Assembly (NCBI GenBank): GCA_947307295.1
Contig: CAMZIQ010000002.1
Location: 80,621 to 144,620, forward strand
DNA from: an uncultured Pseudomonadota bacterium
GTDB lineage: Bacteria > Pseudomonadota > Alphaproteobacteria > Rs-D84
Length of the DNA stretch: 64,000 nucleotides
Direction of reading: 5' to 3'
Positions 17,429-28,211 of the stretch are shown piece after piece. The notes beneath the pieces are model-generated. The model searched no databases. It was not told where the DNA came from and saw nothing but the letters and a program-made list of their open reading frames with translations. The position numbers and the translations under genes are program-made. Within the stretch, counting starts at the first letter, position 1. Each line of letters starts with the position of its first letter.

Positions 17429-17953
17429 ATGTTGAAAGCTACTGGATGTTTTTTGTTTTTGATTCTTATATTTGAATTGGTTGCATGTAATCAAAATGCT
17501 ATACAACCAATTCAAGAAAACCATAATGATATAAAGATATTTTTTACTCCCGGCACAGAATGTGAAAATAATATTATTGAAAGAATAAACCAATCAAAAA
17601 AAGTGGACATAGCTGTTTATTCAATTACAAACCCTGCTATTACAAAGGCTATTATTTCTGCATATAAACATGGGGTAAATGTAAGAATTGTGACAGATAA
17701 AACACAAGCATCAGGAAAAAAATCATTAGTCTCTCAAATACGTGCTGCCGGAATACCTGTTTTGACTAATAAAAAACACAAGATAGAACATAATAAGTTT
17801 GCTGTTTTTGACGATGTACATGTTGTTTCTGGATCTTATAACTGGACAACAAACGCAACCAACTATAACAGTGAAAATTGCCTATTCTTTGATCAACCAG
17901 ACATGGAATATTCTAAAAGATTTGAGTATCTATGGAAGGTTTATAGTGAATAG
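17420..17953 (+). CDS. Nuc-like PLD-family endonuclease lipoprotein (copy 2)
   Basis: Identical translation at offset +9082. Confidence 0.8.
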   Translation: MFFMLKATGCFLFLILIFELVACNQNAIQPIQENHNDIKIFFTPGTECENNIIERINQSKKVDIAVYSITNPAITKAIISAYKHGVNVRIVTDKTQASGKKSLVSQIRAAGIPVLTNKKHKIEHNKFAVFDDVHVVSGSYNWTTNATNYNSENCLFFDQPDMEYSKRFEYLWKVYSE

Positions 17954-17954
17954 C

Positions 17955-19640
17955 CTAGTAGTATATTTTAAATCCATCGTCTGTACCCAACTCTTCTATC
18001 ACATTTTGTATTCTTTTTATTGTTATTTGATCTACTGTTTGAAATCCTGCTTTGCCTTCTATGGATTTTGGATCAACTTTTTCTGGTATCTGAGAGACGA
18101 TAAAGTTGAAATTTGTACCTTCTTGTTTGTTTTTTAGCAAGCAGGCATGACTAACTACAGATGCTCCACCATACATCTCAAATATCACCCCGGATCGTTG
18201 CCCAATAAGATCCAAAAGCATAGTTATAAGTTTTACCGGTTTTTTTGATCCACTAAATGATATATGACCTTCATTTTGTAGTGTTGATTTAGTGTCTGAA
18301 ACATCCCATATATCACCTAAAATAACAGAATTTTTCAAGGATCCATCTTCTTGTTTTATAAGGCTATCGCTAAAACGCAAATATAAGGCGTTTTTAGAGC
18401 CTTTTTCTAGTAACTTGCCCTTGTACTCGAATATAGGGTCTAAATCGTCTCTATGGGCATAAAAAACGCTTTTATAAGCATTTGATTTGGGGTAAACAGC
18501 TTTGTATAGGTCTTTTGCTATAGTATTGTACATATAATGTTTGAATTCTGGCTCTATTTTGATCATTTTTTCTATGTTTTTAGATAATAGTTCCATGTTG
18601 TGCTTTTTGAATAAGTTTATTATATGAGGTTGCTGTTTCAGGTGGTCAATCAAATATATTTTTTCGTGCACTCCAAAAGTCGAATTTGGTTTTTTGATAA
18701 GATGCTTAAAGGAGTTTTGCCAGTAAGTACTAGATGGAGTGTATAAACGTTGCAGGTGATTTACTTTTGATTTGTCTTTTGCATATACTAATAAATAGGA
18801 TTTTAGTCCGGGTAATCTGTATTGAGTCCTAGATACAATAATAGATGCAGGGGTGCTTGTTTTTATGACGATGTTGTTTATAAAGTTTTCTCTACCGTAT
18901 ACAGAATCCATAAGCACTTTTACATACGCCATTTCGTGCTCACTTACAGATAGAGCAACAAGTCCGTCTGGTTGAAGAAGTTTTTTTACTAATTCAAGGC
19001 GAGGAAAAAGGTGCTCTAAAAGCTGGCACGTTCCGTCAAATGAAGAATTATATGCTAATACAGCTCTGTTTGATGGCATGTTAAAGGGTATGTCCCCGTA
19101 TGCAAGTAACAGTTTTCCTGAGTATTCTGGTAAGAGCCATTTACAAGCATCTATATTATCTTTCACTAGAACAAGATTTTTAGATTTTTCATTATTTGGT
19201 AAGGAGTTGAAAGATTTGTTTGGGTGAAATTTGACTTTTGTTGGAGTGTTTGTTAGTTTTTCTGCCCTTTCTCTTCCATTAAAGTATAGAAATAGTCCGT
19301 TTTTGTTTTGTGTTTGTGTGGTGTTGTTTTTAAAGTCTTCTAGCGATCCAATTATTCCTTCGTATCTATACAGTTGCCCCCATTTTTTACCATTTTCAAC
19401 TTTGCTTATAATTCCGGTGTTGCAGAGAAGTTTGAGTGTGTTGGTGATGGTTGGTCTTGGGATTTTTGTTTGTTTGCATAAAGTTGTGATGTCGAGTTGA
19501 GGGGTTTTGCAAAAAGTATCAAATATGGCTAATGCTGTGTTTTTTGATCTACCAATGTTTTCTATTTTTGCTCGATCTGTAGATATAATTTCTGTATTGA
19601 ATGTATTTATTGTTTTTCTGATGGTTTGTTTTTTTATCAT
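17955..19640 (-). CDS. wHTH plus degenerate amino-MTase-like protein (copy 2)
   Basis: Identical translation at offset +9082. Confidence 0.65.
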   Translation of the reverse strand: MIKKQTIRKTINTFNTEIISTDRAKIENIGRSKNTALAIFDTFCKTPQLDITTLCKQTKIPRPTITNTLKLLCNTGIISKVENGKKWGQLYRYEGIIGSLEDFKNNTTQTQNKNGLFLYFNGRERAEKLTNTPTKVKFHPNKSFNSLPNNEKSKNLVLVKDNIDACKWLLPEYSGKLLLAYGDIPFNMPSNRAVLAYNSSFDGTCQLLEHLFPRLELVKKLLQPDGLVALSVSEHEMAYVKVLMDSVYGRENFINNIVIKTSTPASIIVSRTQYRLPGLKSYLLVYAKDKSKVNHLQRLYTPSSTYWQNSFKHLIKKPNSTFGVHEKIYLIDHLKQQPHIINLFKKHNMELLSKNIEKMIKIEPEFKHYMYNTIAKDLYKAVYPKSNAYKSVFYAHRDDLDPIFEYKGKLLEKGSKNALYLRFSDSLIKQEDGSLKNSVILGDIWDVSDTKSTLQNEGHISFSGSKKPVKLITMLLDLIGQRSGVIFEMYGGASVVSHACLLKNKQEGTNFNFIVSQIPEKVDPKSIEGKAGFQTVDQITIKRIQNVIEELGTDDGFKIYY

Positions 19641-19774
19641 GGTACGCTCTCTCTTGAATCATTATTTTTTATAGCAGAAAATAATGAATAATGCCAATCT
19701 AAAAAAAATAACAAAGTATACATTTTTATCATAATTTTGAGTTCTAATATACATACAAAAAAGGATCTATACTA

Positions 19775-19957
19775 ATGCTAACAAAACCAGAATTCACACA
19801 AGAAAAACTATTGACGGTTACAGAGGCAGCTAATATTTTGAATTTAAAACCTTCTACCTTATACCGTATCAAACAAAATGAAAGGTCTCCCAAAAAGGTC
19901 AAAGTTTGTGGCAGGCTTTATTTTACTCTTTCTTCTATAAACAACATAATGGGCTAA
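19775..19957 (+). CDS. AlpA-like HTH protein (copy 2)
   Basis: Identical translation at offset +9082. Confidence 0.65.
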   Translation: MLTKPEFTQEKLLTVTEAANILNLKPSTLYRIKQNERSPKKVKVCGRLYFTLSSINNIMG

Positions 19958-20791
19958 TCTCTTTTCTAATATCTTTCTCAATTTGTTTATGGGGTTTGGT
20001 AAGAGTAATTCGCCACGTTGTTTGAGCCATAAAGCAAAGATAATGACGGTTTTCAGTTGCTTTATATCAAAATAATTCACTTTATGTGGGTTGAATCTCT
20101 CTTTGCCAAACCAAGTCTTCATTGTAAACAGCTCACTACCTTCGTTGATATGTGGATCTTCGTTGTCTTTTAATTCTTTGACAAGGTAAGCACAAATTCC
20201 CTCTTTATCATAAACACATCTCAAATCAAAAACGGTCTTATAAAACTTATATTTATCAACGATTTTACTAATTGCATCACATAATCTGTAGCCAATATAT
20301 TCGTCATGATCTGTACTTTTGAAGAGAATATGAACATGCCACCAAAAATCATTCTTACCATGTTCCATTACACCAACACATTGTAAAGCGTTTCTAGTCC
20401 AATGATTTTTTTGTTCTATGGCAAGAGTTTGAATTTCTTTGAATAATTTTTTATAAGATTTTTTAGCGTCTTCTCTGTTTCTTGTTCTTCTAAAACCGGA
20501 TTGGGTGCATCTGGGTAGTTTGATTGTCAAAAGATAAGAATAGTCTTCTTGCATTAGTTGTTTTTGCCAATATTTCCTAGAGTCTTGATATTCAGTTTGG
20601 TGATTCCTATAAAAACCATTCAATTCTTCATTTATCTCATTTGTAAATTTAGACATGATTTCCTCTAGCGTTCTAAACCTTCTTCTTATTTTCAATCCAC
20701 GTTCTTCCACATAAAACGTTCTTCTTTTTATTGTTTTACTTAGTTGGGAATGTTGAACATCTAAATTAGAAAATAAATCATAACCATTCAT
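19859..20791 (-). CDS. HUH Rep/MobT-like protein (copy 2)
   Basis: Identical translation at offset +9082. Confidence 0.55.
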   Translation of the reverse strand: MNGYDLFSNLDVQHSQLSKTIKRRTFYVEERGLKIRRRFRTLEEIMSKFTNEINEELNGFYRNHQTEYQDSRKYWQKQLMQEDYSYLLTIKLPRCTQSGFRRTRNREDAKKSYKKLFKEIQTLAIEQKNHWTRNALQCVGVMEHGKNDFWWHVHILFKSTDHDEYIGYRLCDAISKIVDKYKFYKTVFDLRCVYDKEGICAYLVKELKDNEDPHINEGSELFTMKTWFGKERFNPHKVNYFDIKQLKTVIIFALWLKQRGELLLPNPINKLRKILEKRLAHYVVYRRKSKIKPATNFDLFGRPFILFDTV

Positions 20792-21053
20792 TTATTACCT
20801 TCTTGGTTTACTTTGTTTAATGAATGATCAACACACCTTTTGTTTTGGGTGCTAATCAGTTTGAATCAAAAAGCCCGGATTTATAAGGGTTGAAGCGTAA
20901 TCCAATCCAACAGGAGCGATTTGATTTATTTCCTAGAACTGTTTTTTTTCATAAAGTTGTAAAATTTTTCATTCTTTGTGATTTTTTTGAGGAACGATTC
21001 GTAAAAAAAGACAAATTCGATACAAAAATAGGTGTTTTTTCTGGCAGGAGGCA

Positions 21054-21111
21054 AGTGTATACACTTTGTGTATAAAAAATACTTGACATCGGTACACAAA
21101 AAGTGTATACT
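21054..21111 (+). promoter_or_regulatory. switch region copy 2 (TTGACA 21083-21088, TATACT 21106-21111, GTGTAYAC operators)
   Basis: Identical to 11972..12029 at +9082. Confidence 0.6.
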
Positions 21112-21140
21112 GTAGCTGTAACAAAAACAAAAGAGGTGTT

Positions 21141-21683
21141 TTGATGGAAAAATATAGAACAAAGTTTGGTACATGGATCTCTGTATTTTGTGCCAGACAT
21201 GGATTAAACATCGCAAGGGCTGCTTATGAATTGGGGTTGGCTCCTACTACATTGGCATCTATTGTAGCTGGAAGACATCCTTTACCGGTGTTCTTGCGTG
21301 AAAATATCATAGCGACTTTCGGAAGATATTTGTCCGGAACAGATATTGCCGAAATGGATCAAAGCATTGTTGATACAGAGGCAGGAGCTGTGATTGTGTC
21401 AAGGAACTATAAAAAATACGTCAGTGCACAAACAGTGAATGACAAAGAATGGTGTCTAAAACTGATGGATGTAATGGCTAAAGCGACCAATAAAATGAAC
21501 AAGGAGGAATCTGAAGAAATTTATGCTCGTTTGCAAGAGATTGCTGAACGCCCTGCACCAGTATCTATAGAATTAGACAAAGATATAGATATTGAAACGC
21601 TGAGACAAGATATTCGCAGACGGTATAAAGACCCTGTAAAAACAGAACAAATTGTAGAAAAAATAAAAGAACTGAGACAATAA
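21141..21683 (+). CDS. XRE-like HTH regulator (copy 2)
   Basis: Identical translation at offset +9082. Confidence 0.6.
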   Translation: MMEKYRTKFGTWISVFCARHGLNIARAAYELGLAPTTLASIVAGRHPLPVFLRENIIATFGRYLSGTDIAEMDQSIVDTEAGAVIVSRNYKKYVSAQTVNDKEWCLKLMDVMAKATNKMNKEESEEIYARLQEIAERPAPVSIELDKDIDIETLRQDIRRRYKDPVKTEQIVEKIKELRQ

Positions 21684-21797
21684 AAAATAAAGTGGGTGAA
21701 CAAGCTGCAACCTGCTCACCCTAACAAACACCAAACGAGTTGGATGTCTGCCACAAAGTCATTTTAGCTCGTTTGGATCAAAAATCAAGAACCAAAG

Positions 21798-23111
21798 GTG
21801 ACTAAAATGAGCAAACAAGAAAATATTACACAAACATTAGTAAATAAAATCGTATACAACATCGAAAAAGGCAACACGTCTGAATTATGTGATGTGTGGG
21901 ATTCTAAGACATCAGGTTTTGGTATACGAGTTGGCAAAACCAATGCATCTTTTATTTTCAAATATAGAAATAAGGCAAACAAAGCCCAAACAAAAACATT
22001 TGGTAAAATAACCGAAATGTCTGTTGCTGAGGCTAGAAATCTATTGGACGCATTTAAACCAACAATAAAATCTGATCTTGCAACAATTCAGAAAACTAAT
22101 AAGAAATATACGGTGAAAGATTTATGTGAAAAATATCTTGCGGAACACCAAACTCGTGCAACAACGAAAAAACAAGACGAAAGCAGGATTGAAAGACACG
22201 TCTTGCCAACACTTGGCAACATACCATTACATTTATTGACAGCTAAAGATATTATGAATGCACAAACGGCTATTGCAAACGGTGATAAAAAAATAATTAT
22301 AGCAGGACATAAAAACCCAAATAATCCACATTCATATATCAAAGTATCTGGCGGTCAAGGTGCTGCTAAAAGGGTTATGGAAATGCTGAAAACAATTTTG
22401 AATTTTGCAGAAGACGAAGAGTTGATTGAAAAAAATCCTATGAATTCTCGTAAATTCAAAAAAATCAAATACGATAAAAAAGAAACAGCGTATCTCGAAA
22501 ACAACAATTATGAAAATCTTGGTTATTTGTTGAAAAAGCATGAACAGCAATCAAAGAAAAGCAATCAAAGTGTGTTGTTTATAAAATTATTGGCTTTGAC
22601 GGGCTGTCGTAAAGGTGAATTATTAGGTCTTACTTGGAATCGAGTAGATTTTACCAACCAATATTTTGTGTTTGCTAAAACAAAAACTACAGGGGAACAA
22701 AAACGATATTTTGGATCTGCAGCAAAAAGATTATTGTTAGATATGCACCAAAAAGCTACATCCAACTACTTGTTCCCTAGTATTACAAAAACAGGTACAC
22801 ATAGAAAAGATTGTTTGAGAGCTTTAAAGCAGATTTGTAAAACAGCACAAGAAAACAAAAGTCAATTTGATGCAATACAAAAACTAACCCTACATGGTCT
22901 TAGACATTCATTTTCAACAATGTGTAACACCCTCTCTTTTCCCGATGTAATTAGAGAAGGACTTATGGGGCACAAGAATGGTGGTGTACAATATATTTAT
23001 ACACACAATACACATAACACAATGATTGAACATGCAGATAAAGTATCAGAAAGTATCAACACGTTGTTAGATACGGGATGTAAAAAAGCAGAATTGGAAA
23101 ACAACAACTAA
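21798..23111 (+). CDS. int: tyrosine integrase (copy 2)
   Basis: Identical translation at offset +9082. Confidence 0.92.
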   Translation: MTKMSKQENITQTLVNKIVYNIEKGNTSELCDVWDSKTSGFGIRVGKTNASFIFKYRNKANKAQTKTFGKITEMSVAEARNLLDAFKPTIKSDLATIQKTNKKYTVKDLCEKYLAEHQTRATTKKQDESRIERHVLPTLGNIPLHLLTAKDIMNAQTAIANGDKKIIIAGHKNPNNPHSYIKVSGGQGAAKRVMEMLKTILNFAEDEELIEKNPMNSRKFKKIKYDKKETAYLENNNYENLGYLLKKHEQQSKKSNQSVLFIKLLALTGCRKGELLGLTWNRVDFTNQYFVFAKTKTTGEQKRYFGSAAKRLLLDMHQKATSNYLFPSITKTGTHRKDCLRALKQICKTAQENKSQFDAIQKLTLHGLRHSFSTMCNTLSFPDVIREGLMGHKNGGVQYIYTHNTHNTMIEHADKVSESINTLLDTGCKKAELENNN

Positions 23112-23123
23112 AGAGGTAAAAAA

Positions 23124-23345
23124 ATGAAATTTATAACAGAAAGAGAATTAGCTAAATTTTTATCGAATGAATATGGTTTGCCAACATCGAAAAAATCATT
23201 AGAAAAATTACGTGCAAAAGGTAAAGCACCAAATTTTAGAGTTTGGGGTGGAAAAATTGTATATGAAAAGCAAGATGTACAGACATGGCTCAACAATCAA
23301 ATGGCGATTTGTTACAAGTACACAATGCCAAAATATAGCATATAA
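23124..23345 (+). CDS. excisionase-like HTH protein (copy 2)
   Basis: Identical translation at offset +9082. Confidence 0.55.
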   Translation: MKFITERELAKFLSNEYGLPTSKKSLEKLRAKGKAPNFRVWGGKIVYEKQDVQTWLNNQMAICYKYTMPKYSI

Positions 23346-23422
23346 AAAAAGCAAAATGCTCCCAATATGCTCCAAAATGATAAAAACCACAAAACTAACA
23401 CAAACACTAGAGAATCAAAAAA

Positions 23423-23449
23423 CCCCGGAAATCCGGGGTAAATCTTTTT
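23423..23449 (+). terminator. Rho-independent terminator after xis (copy 2)
   Basis: Identical to 14341..14367. Confidence 0.5.
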
Positions 23450-23480
23450 GTTGGGGGGCTAAAATCTTCATAACGAATTT

Positions 23481-23528
23481 CACGATGTCAACGTGACGCT
23501 CTAGCCAACTGAGCTAACCACCCAAAGC
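23481..23528. repeat. att core copy 3 (attR; orphan tRNA-Val 5' half next to the native upstream flank)
   Basis: Exact 48-bp direct repeat. Downstream sequence diverges from the element (gaaagtattataacaactt...). Confidence 0.85.
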
Positions 23529-23623
23529 GAAAGTATTATAACAACTTATTTTGGATTTGCAAATAAAAAACCAGAATTATTAGTTTTTATCTTGATGATT
23601 TTTTTAAAGTTTGCTAGACTTGT

Positions 23624-23816
23624 CTTGTCAGGAAGAGTTTTTCTGATGGGGTGTCGAAACCCGTTTAAGAGCGTCAAAACGTTCCTATTGTTTTGATGAA
23701 AAATCTCCAACCAAAATGGTTGGAGGGCTGTCGAATAATATCGTTTATGATAAAATAAGACGCACAATTCTCTTAAATTGTTTCGAACCTCCAACCGCCT
23801 GTAATTCATCAGGCGT
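23624..23816 (+). repeat. leader-like repeat A (~190 nt), ending in hairpin cgcctg-taattcat-caggcg plus TTTTT, 22 nt upstream of the OMP gene start
   Basis: About 85% identical to the reverse complement of 40478..40660. Contains the palindrome ctccaaccaaaatggttggag. A putative promoter ttgatg-17-tagact lies at 23591-23619. Confidence 0.6.
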
Positions 23817-23842
23817 TTTTAATATAAACAAAGGATAAAACA

Positions 23843-24493
23843 ATGAAAAAATTTTTTATGACAAGTTCTTGTGTGGCTTTGGCTTTGACAAGTTTTTCTG
23901 CGTATGCCGCAGATATTAAACCTTTTATCGGTGTTAATGCATCTCTTAGTGGCGTTGCTTATTCTGATGATGTAAAAACAGCAACTGATGATTTAGGTGT
24001 TAAATTGCCAGAATCTTTTTTCGGTGTTGGGGCGGAAGCTGGTTTAAAAATCGAAACGGATAGAGTTTATAGTGCGGGGTTTACATTCGCATATGATTAT
24101 GCTGTTGATTCAGAAGCAGATATTGATGCTATCGCGGATGATTATGTGTCTTCTGTAGAATTGGGTTTTTCGGCTTGGAGTTTAACATTTGATAACTATC
24201 TTCGCGTTTCTGGTGCTGCGAAACATCGTCAAGATATTGTTTTGGGGGTTGGTTTTGGGAATGCAAAAGAAAGATTTAAAATGGATGCCACGTATTTAGG
24301 AGAATCATACGGTTTATATGATATAGATGAATCTGATGATGGTAATGTTGTTGTTTTCAAAGTCGGGTATATTTATAATGTGGGTGAACATGCGGATTTA
24401 GTTTTAAATGGGCGTTTTTTTGTGCCGACAGATTCCGAAACAGATGTAGATGTTTTGTTTAATATGAGTGCTGGAGTAAGAGTTGTATTCTGA
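23843..24493 (+). CDS. outer-membrane beta-barrel protein (OmpW/OmpA-barrel-like) with signal peptide
   Basis: Signal peptide MKKFFMTSSCVALALTSFSAYA. Alternating amphipathic strands and a C-terminal ...VRVVF aromatic terminus typical of OMPs. Confidence 0.6.
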   Translation: MKKFFMTSSCVALALTSFSAYAADIKPFIGVNASLSGVAYSDDVKTATDDLGVKLPESFFGVGAEAGLKIETDRVYSAGFTFAYDYAVDSEADIDAIADDYVSSVELGFSAWSLTFDNYLRVSGAAKHRQDIVLGVGFGNAKERFKMDATYLGESYGLYDIDESDDGNVVVFKVGYIYNVGEHADLVLNGRFFVPTDSETDVDVLFNMSAGVRVVF

Positions 24494-24499
24494 TAAAAA

Positions 24500-24560
24500 A
24501 AAGCCGGCGATTTTATCGCGGCTTTGCTGTTGCAAAGACGGATGCCGGCTTTTTCTTAAA
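24500..24560. terminator. bidirectional terminator region between the OMP gene (+) and mreB (-): GC hairpins gccggcga/tcgcggc and gccggc plus T-runs
   Basis: Hairpins and T tracts read directly between convergent genes. Confidence 0.45.
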
Positions 24561-24569
24561 TTTTTTATT

Positions 24570-25715
<1,146 letters not shown>

Positions 25716-25739
25716 TTATATTCTGGTAATATTAGCCTT

Positions 25740-26093
25740 ATGAAAAGAAAAACTATACGTAATCACAAAGATTTTTATGTGTCACCAGATGGTTTTACGG
25801 TGTCGTCTGATTGCTTTATGATAAAGGCCAAGTCTGCAAAAATAGATGGTGATGCTAGATATGGTTTGATTGCATCAAAACGAACCTTTAAATTGGCGGT
25901 GCAACGCAATCGCGCCAAAAGATTGATACGTGATTGGATTGCTGCAAATGAAGATTTAATGTTGCCAGAATTAGATTATGTTTTCATTTTGCGTAATTCT
26001 ATATTGTCAATCAATCGTGATTTGGGGCGCAAAAAAATGTCAATTGCGTTGAAAAAAGTGTCAAAGCAATATAACAATGCAAAACAATCATAA
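25740..26093 (+). CDS. rnpA: ribonuclease P protein component
   Basis: [15 protein letters not shown] resembles the RnpA RNR motif. Size 117 aa and position directly upstream of yidD. Confidence 0.7.
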   Translation: MKRKTIRNHKDFYVSPDGFTVSSDCFMIKAKSAKIDGDARYGLIASKRTFKLAVQRNRAKRLIRDWIAANEDLMLPELDYVFILRNSILSINRDLGRKKMSIALKKVSKQYNNAKQS

Positions 26094-26316
26094 TGATTTT
26101 TTTTCAAAGTGCGGATGCAGGTTGGTACGGCTATATCAAATATGTATATCACCGTTTATTGGTGGTCGTGCAGCATGCAGATTTACTCCAACTTGCAGCG
26201 AATATACAAAGCAAGCAATCGAAAAATATGGTCTTTTTCATGGGGTGTGGTTGGGTATGAAACGTATATCTCGGTGCAGACCTGGCGGTGGGTATGGATA
26301 CGACCCTGTTCCTTGA
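26077..26316 (+). CDS. yidD: membrane protein insertion efficiency factor YidD
   Basis: [19 protein letters not shown] signature, 79 aa. Confidence 0.9.
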   Translation: MQNNHNDFFSKCGCRLVRLYQICISPFIGGRAACRFTPTCSEYTKQAIEKYGLFHGVWLGMKRISRCRPGGGYGYDPVP

Positions 26317-26378
26317 CATAGGAAATCAATGTGGTAAAATTATAGTAATAAGTATGTTATTAAAAAGGATTTATAATT

Positions 26379-26831
26379 ATGGCATCTTTTCGTTCAACAG
26401 TTGAGAATATGTCCAAATTAATGGATGAAATGGGCATAACTGAATTAGATTTGGAACGTCAACTGTTATTAGGTTTATATCGTAAACATATTCATTTATC
26501 TAAACAACAAACTGTGGCGGCCCCATCGGCAACTTTTGTTCCGCAGTCTAAGACAAATGGTGAAGACAAAATATCTGGTCATGCGTTAAAGTCACCAATG
26601 GTTGGTGTGCTGTATTTGGCACCAGAACCTGGCGCAAAACCTTTTGTAAAGGTTGGTGCATCGGTCAAGGCTGGGGATACTGTCGCATTGGTTGAAGCAA
26701 TGAAAACTTTTAATCCGATAAAATCAGATATTGATGGTGTTGTTAAAGAAATATTGGTGGCAGACGGTGCGGCTGTTGAATTTGATACACCAATTGTTGT
26801 AATAGAACAGGTTTCAAATGACGCAGATTAA
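26379..26831 (+). CDS. accB: acetyl-CoA carboxylase biotin carboxyl carrier protein
   Basis: Biotinyl-lysine motif EAMKTFN in a C-terminal lipoyl-like domain. Followed by accC. Confidence 0.85.
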   Translation: MASFRSTVENMSKLMDEMGITELDLERQLLLGLYRKHIHLSKQQTVAAPSATFVPQSKTNGEDKISGHALKSPMVGVLYLAPEPGAKPFVKVGASVKAGDTVALVEAMKTFNPIKSDIDGVVKEILVADGAAVEFDTPIVVIEQVSNDAD

Positions 26832-28209
26832 GAAAGTTTTAATCGCCAATCGTGGCGAAATAGCACTGCGTATTATTCGTGCTTGTCGTGATATGGGTAT
26901 AAGAACTGTCGCGGTATATTCTACTGCGGACAGAGAAGCGATGCATGTTAAATTGGCTGATGAATCGGTATGTATCGGACCCGCACAAAGCGCAGAATCC
27001 TATTTAAATGAATCTGCGATATTAACGGCGGCATTGTTAACTAATGCAGATGCAATTCATCCGGGTTATGGATTTTTGTCTGAACGTGCGGACTTTGTGG
27101 ATAAAGTTGAACAGCATGGGTTGATATGGATTGGCCCCAGTGCTGATATGATTCGTAAAATGGGCGACAAAGTTAATGCTAAAAAAACAGCAATTAAATG
27201 CGGTTTGCCGGTTGTTCCTGGGTCTGACGGCGCAATAAAAACAATCGAAGACGCAACTATTTGGGCTGATAAAATCGGATATCCTGTAATGATAAAGGCT
27301 GCTGCGGGTGGTGGTGGCCGTGGCATGCGCGCAATAAACAATGCTAATGAATTACGCGAAGCTTTCCCGCTTGTAAAAGCCGAATCAAAAACTGCTTTTG
27401 GTGATGACACTCTTTATATGGAAAAATTGTTATTACATCCGCGTCATATTGAATTCCAGGTTTTGGGTGATAAGCACGGTAATGTGGTGATTTTCGGTGA
27501 ACGTGATTGTTCTTTGCAAAGAAAAAATCAAAAAGTTATGGAAGAATGTCCGGCTGCAATTTTAACACAAAAGCAACGCGATGATATGATTGAAATTTGC
27601 AAAACTGCCGCAAAAAAGATGAAATATACAAATGCTGGAACTTTTGAATTTATGTTCGAAGACGGCAAATTTTATTTCTTGGAAATGAATACGCGGTTGC
27701 AGGTGGAACATCCTGTGACAGAAATGGTTTACGGCATAGATTTGGTGCGCGAACAAATACGTATAGCGGCTGGTGAAAAATTGGGCTATACACAATCTAA
27801 TCTGGTTGCACATGGACATGCGATTGAATTTCGTGTTAATGCCGAAGATCCAGAAACTTTTATCCCAAACCCAGGCAAAATAACATTATATGCGCCGGCG
27901 GGTGGATTGGGGGTTCGTGTGGATTCCGCCGTATACAGTGGATATACAATACCGCCAACATACGATTCAATGATTGCTAAATTGGTTGTGCATGCTCAAT
28001 CAAGACCTGCTTGCATTATGCGTGCCCAGCGTGCGCTGGATGAATTCGTAATCGAAGGCATCAAAACAACCATACCATTGCAAAAGAAATTATTGGAAAA
28101 CAGCGATGTTCGCCAATTAAAAACAGATAATCATTGGTTGGAAAAATTCTTGGAATCTGAAAAGAAAAAAGAAGAAATAAAATCAGAAACAATCGAAGAT
28201 AAAGAATAA
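26818..28209 (+). CDS. accC: acetyl-CoA carboxylase biotin carboxylase subunit
   Basis: ATP-grasp motifs KAAAGGGGRGMR, EMNTRLQVEHPVTE and others. Confidence 0.92.
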   Translation: MTQIKKVLIANRGEIALRIIRACRDMGIRTVAVYSTADREAMHVKLADESVCIGPAQSAESYLNESAILTAALLTNADAIHPGYGFLSERADFVDKVEQHGLIWIGPSADMIRKMGDKVNAKKTAIKCGLPVVPGSDGAIKTIEDATIWADKIGYPVMIKAAAGGGGRGMRAINNANELREAFPLVKAESKTAFGDDTLYMEKLLLHPRHIEFQVLGDKHGNVVIFGERDCSLQRKNQKVMEECPAAILTQKQRDDMIEICKTAAKKMKYTNAGTFEFMFEDGKFYFLEMNTRLQVEHPVTEMVYGIDLVREQIRIAAGEKLGYTQSNLVAHGHAIEFRVNAEDPETFIPNPGKITLYAPAGGLGVRVDSAVYSGYTIPPTYDSMIAKLVVHAQSRPACIMRAQRALDEFVIEGIKTTIPLQKKLLENSDVRQLKTDNHWLEKFLESEKKKEEIKSETIEDKE

Positions 28210-28211
28210 AA

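Larger units (their letters stand above)
5317..23528. mobile_element. tandem dimer (2 x 9082 bp, apparently identical) of a tRNA-Val-integrated integrative element (integrase/xis/Rep/regulator plus R-M, Nuc-like nuclease and MTase-like cargo), bounded by three copies of a 48-bp att core
   Basis: Every ORF at 5512..14263 recurs at +9082 with identical translation. The 48-bp core cacgatgtcaacgtgacgctctagccaactgagctaaccacccaaagc occurs at 5317, 14399 and 23481. The unique chromosomal flank resumes after the third copy. Confidence 0.85.

Noticed and set aside
5317-23528. Interpretation of the duplicated region as two independent paralogous islands or as a CRISPR-like array
   Set aside because: Units are contiguous, co-oriented, identical in length and share att cores, so it is a tandem dimer of one element. 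No short direct-repeat/spacer organisation is present anywhere in the window.
23546-23809. 87-aa ORF (-) and the similar 62-aa ORF at 40498..40686 (+) sharing FRHPIRKTL and LEIF peptides
   Set aside because: Both are translations of the two copies of the same nucleotide repeat (A and B) in their antisense frames. The shared peptides reflect DNA repeat identity, not a conserved protein.
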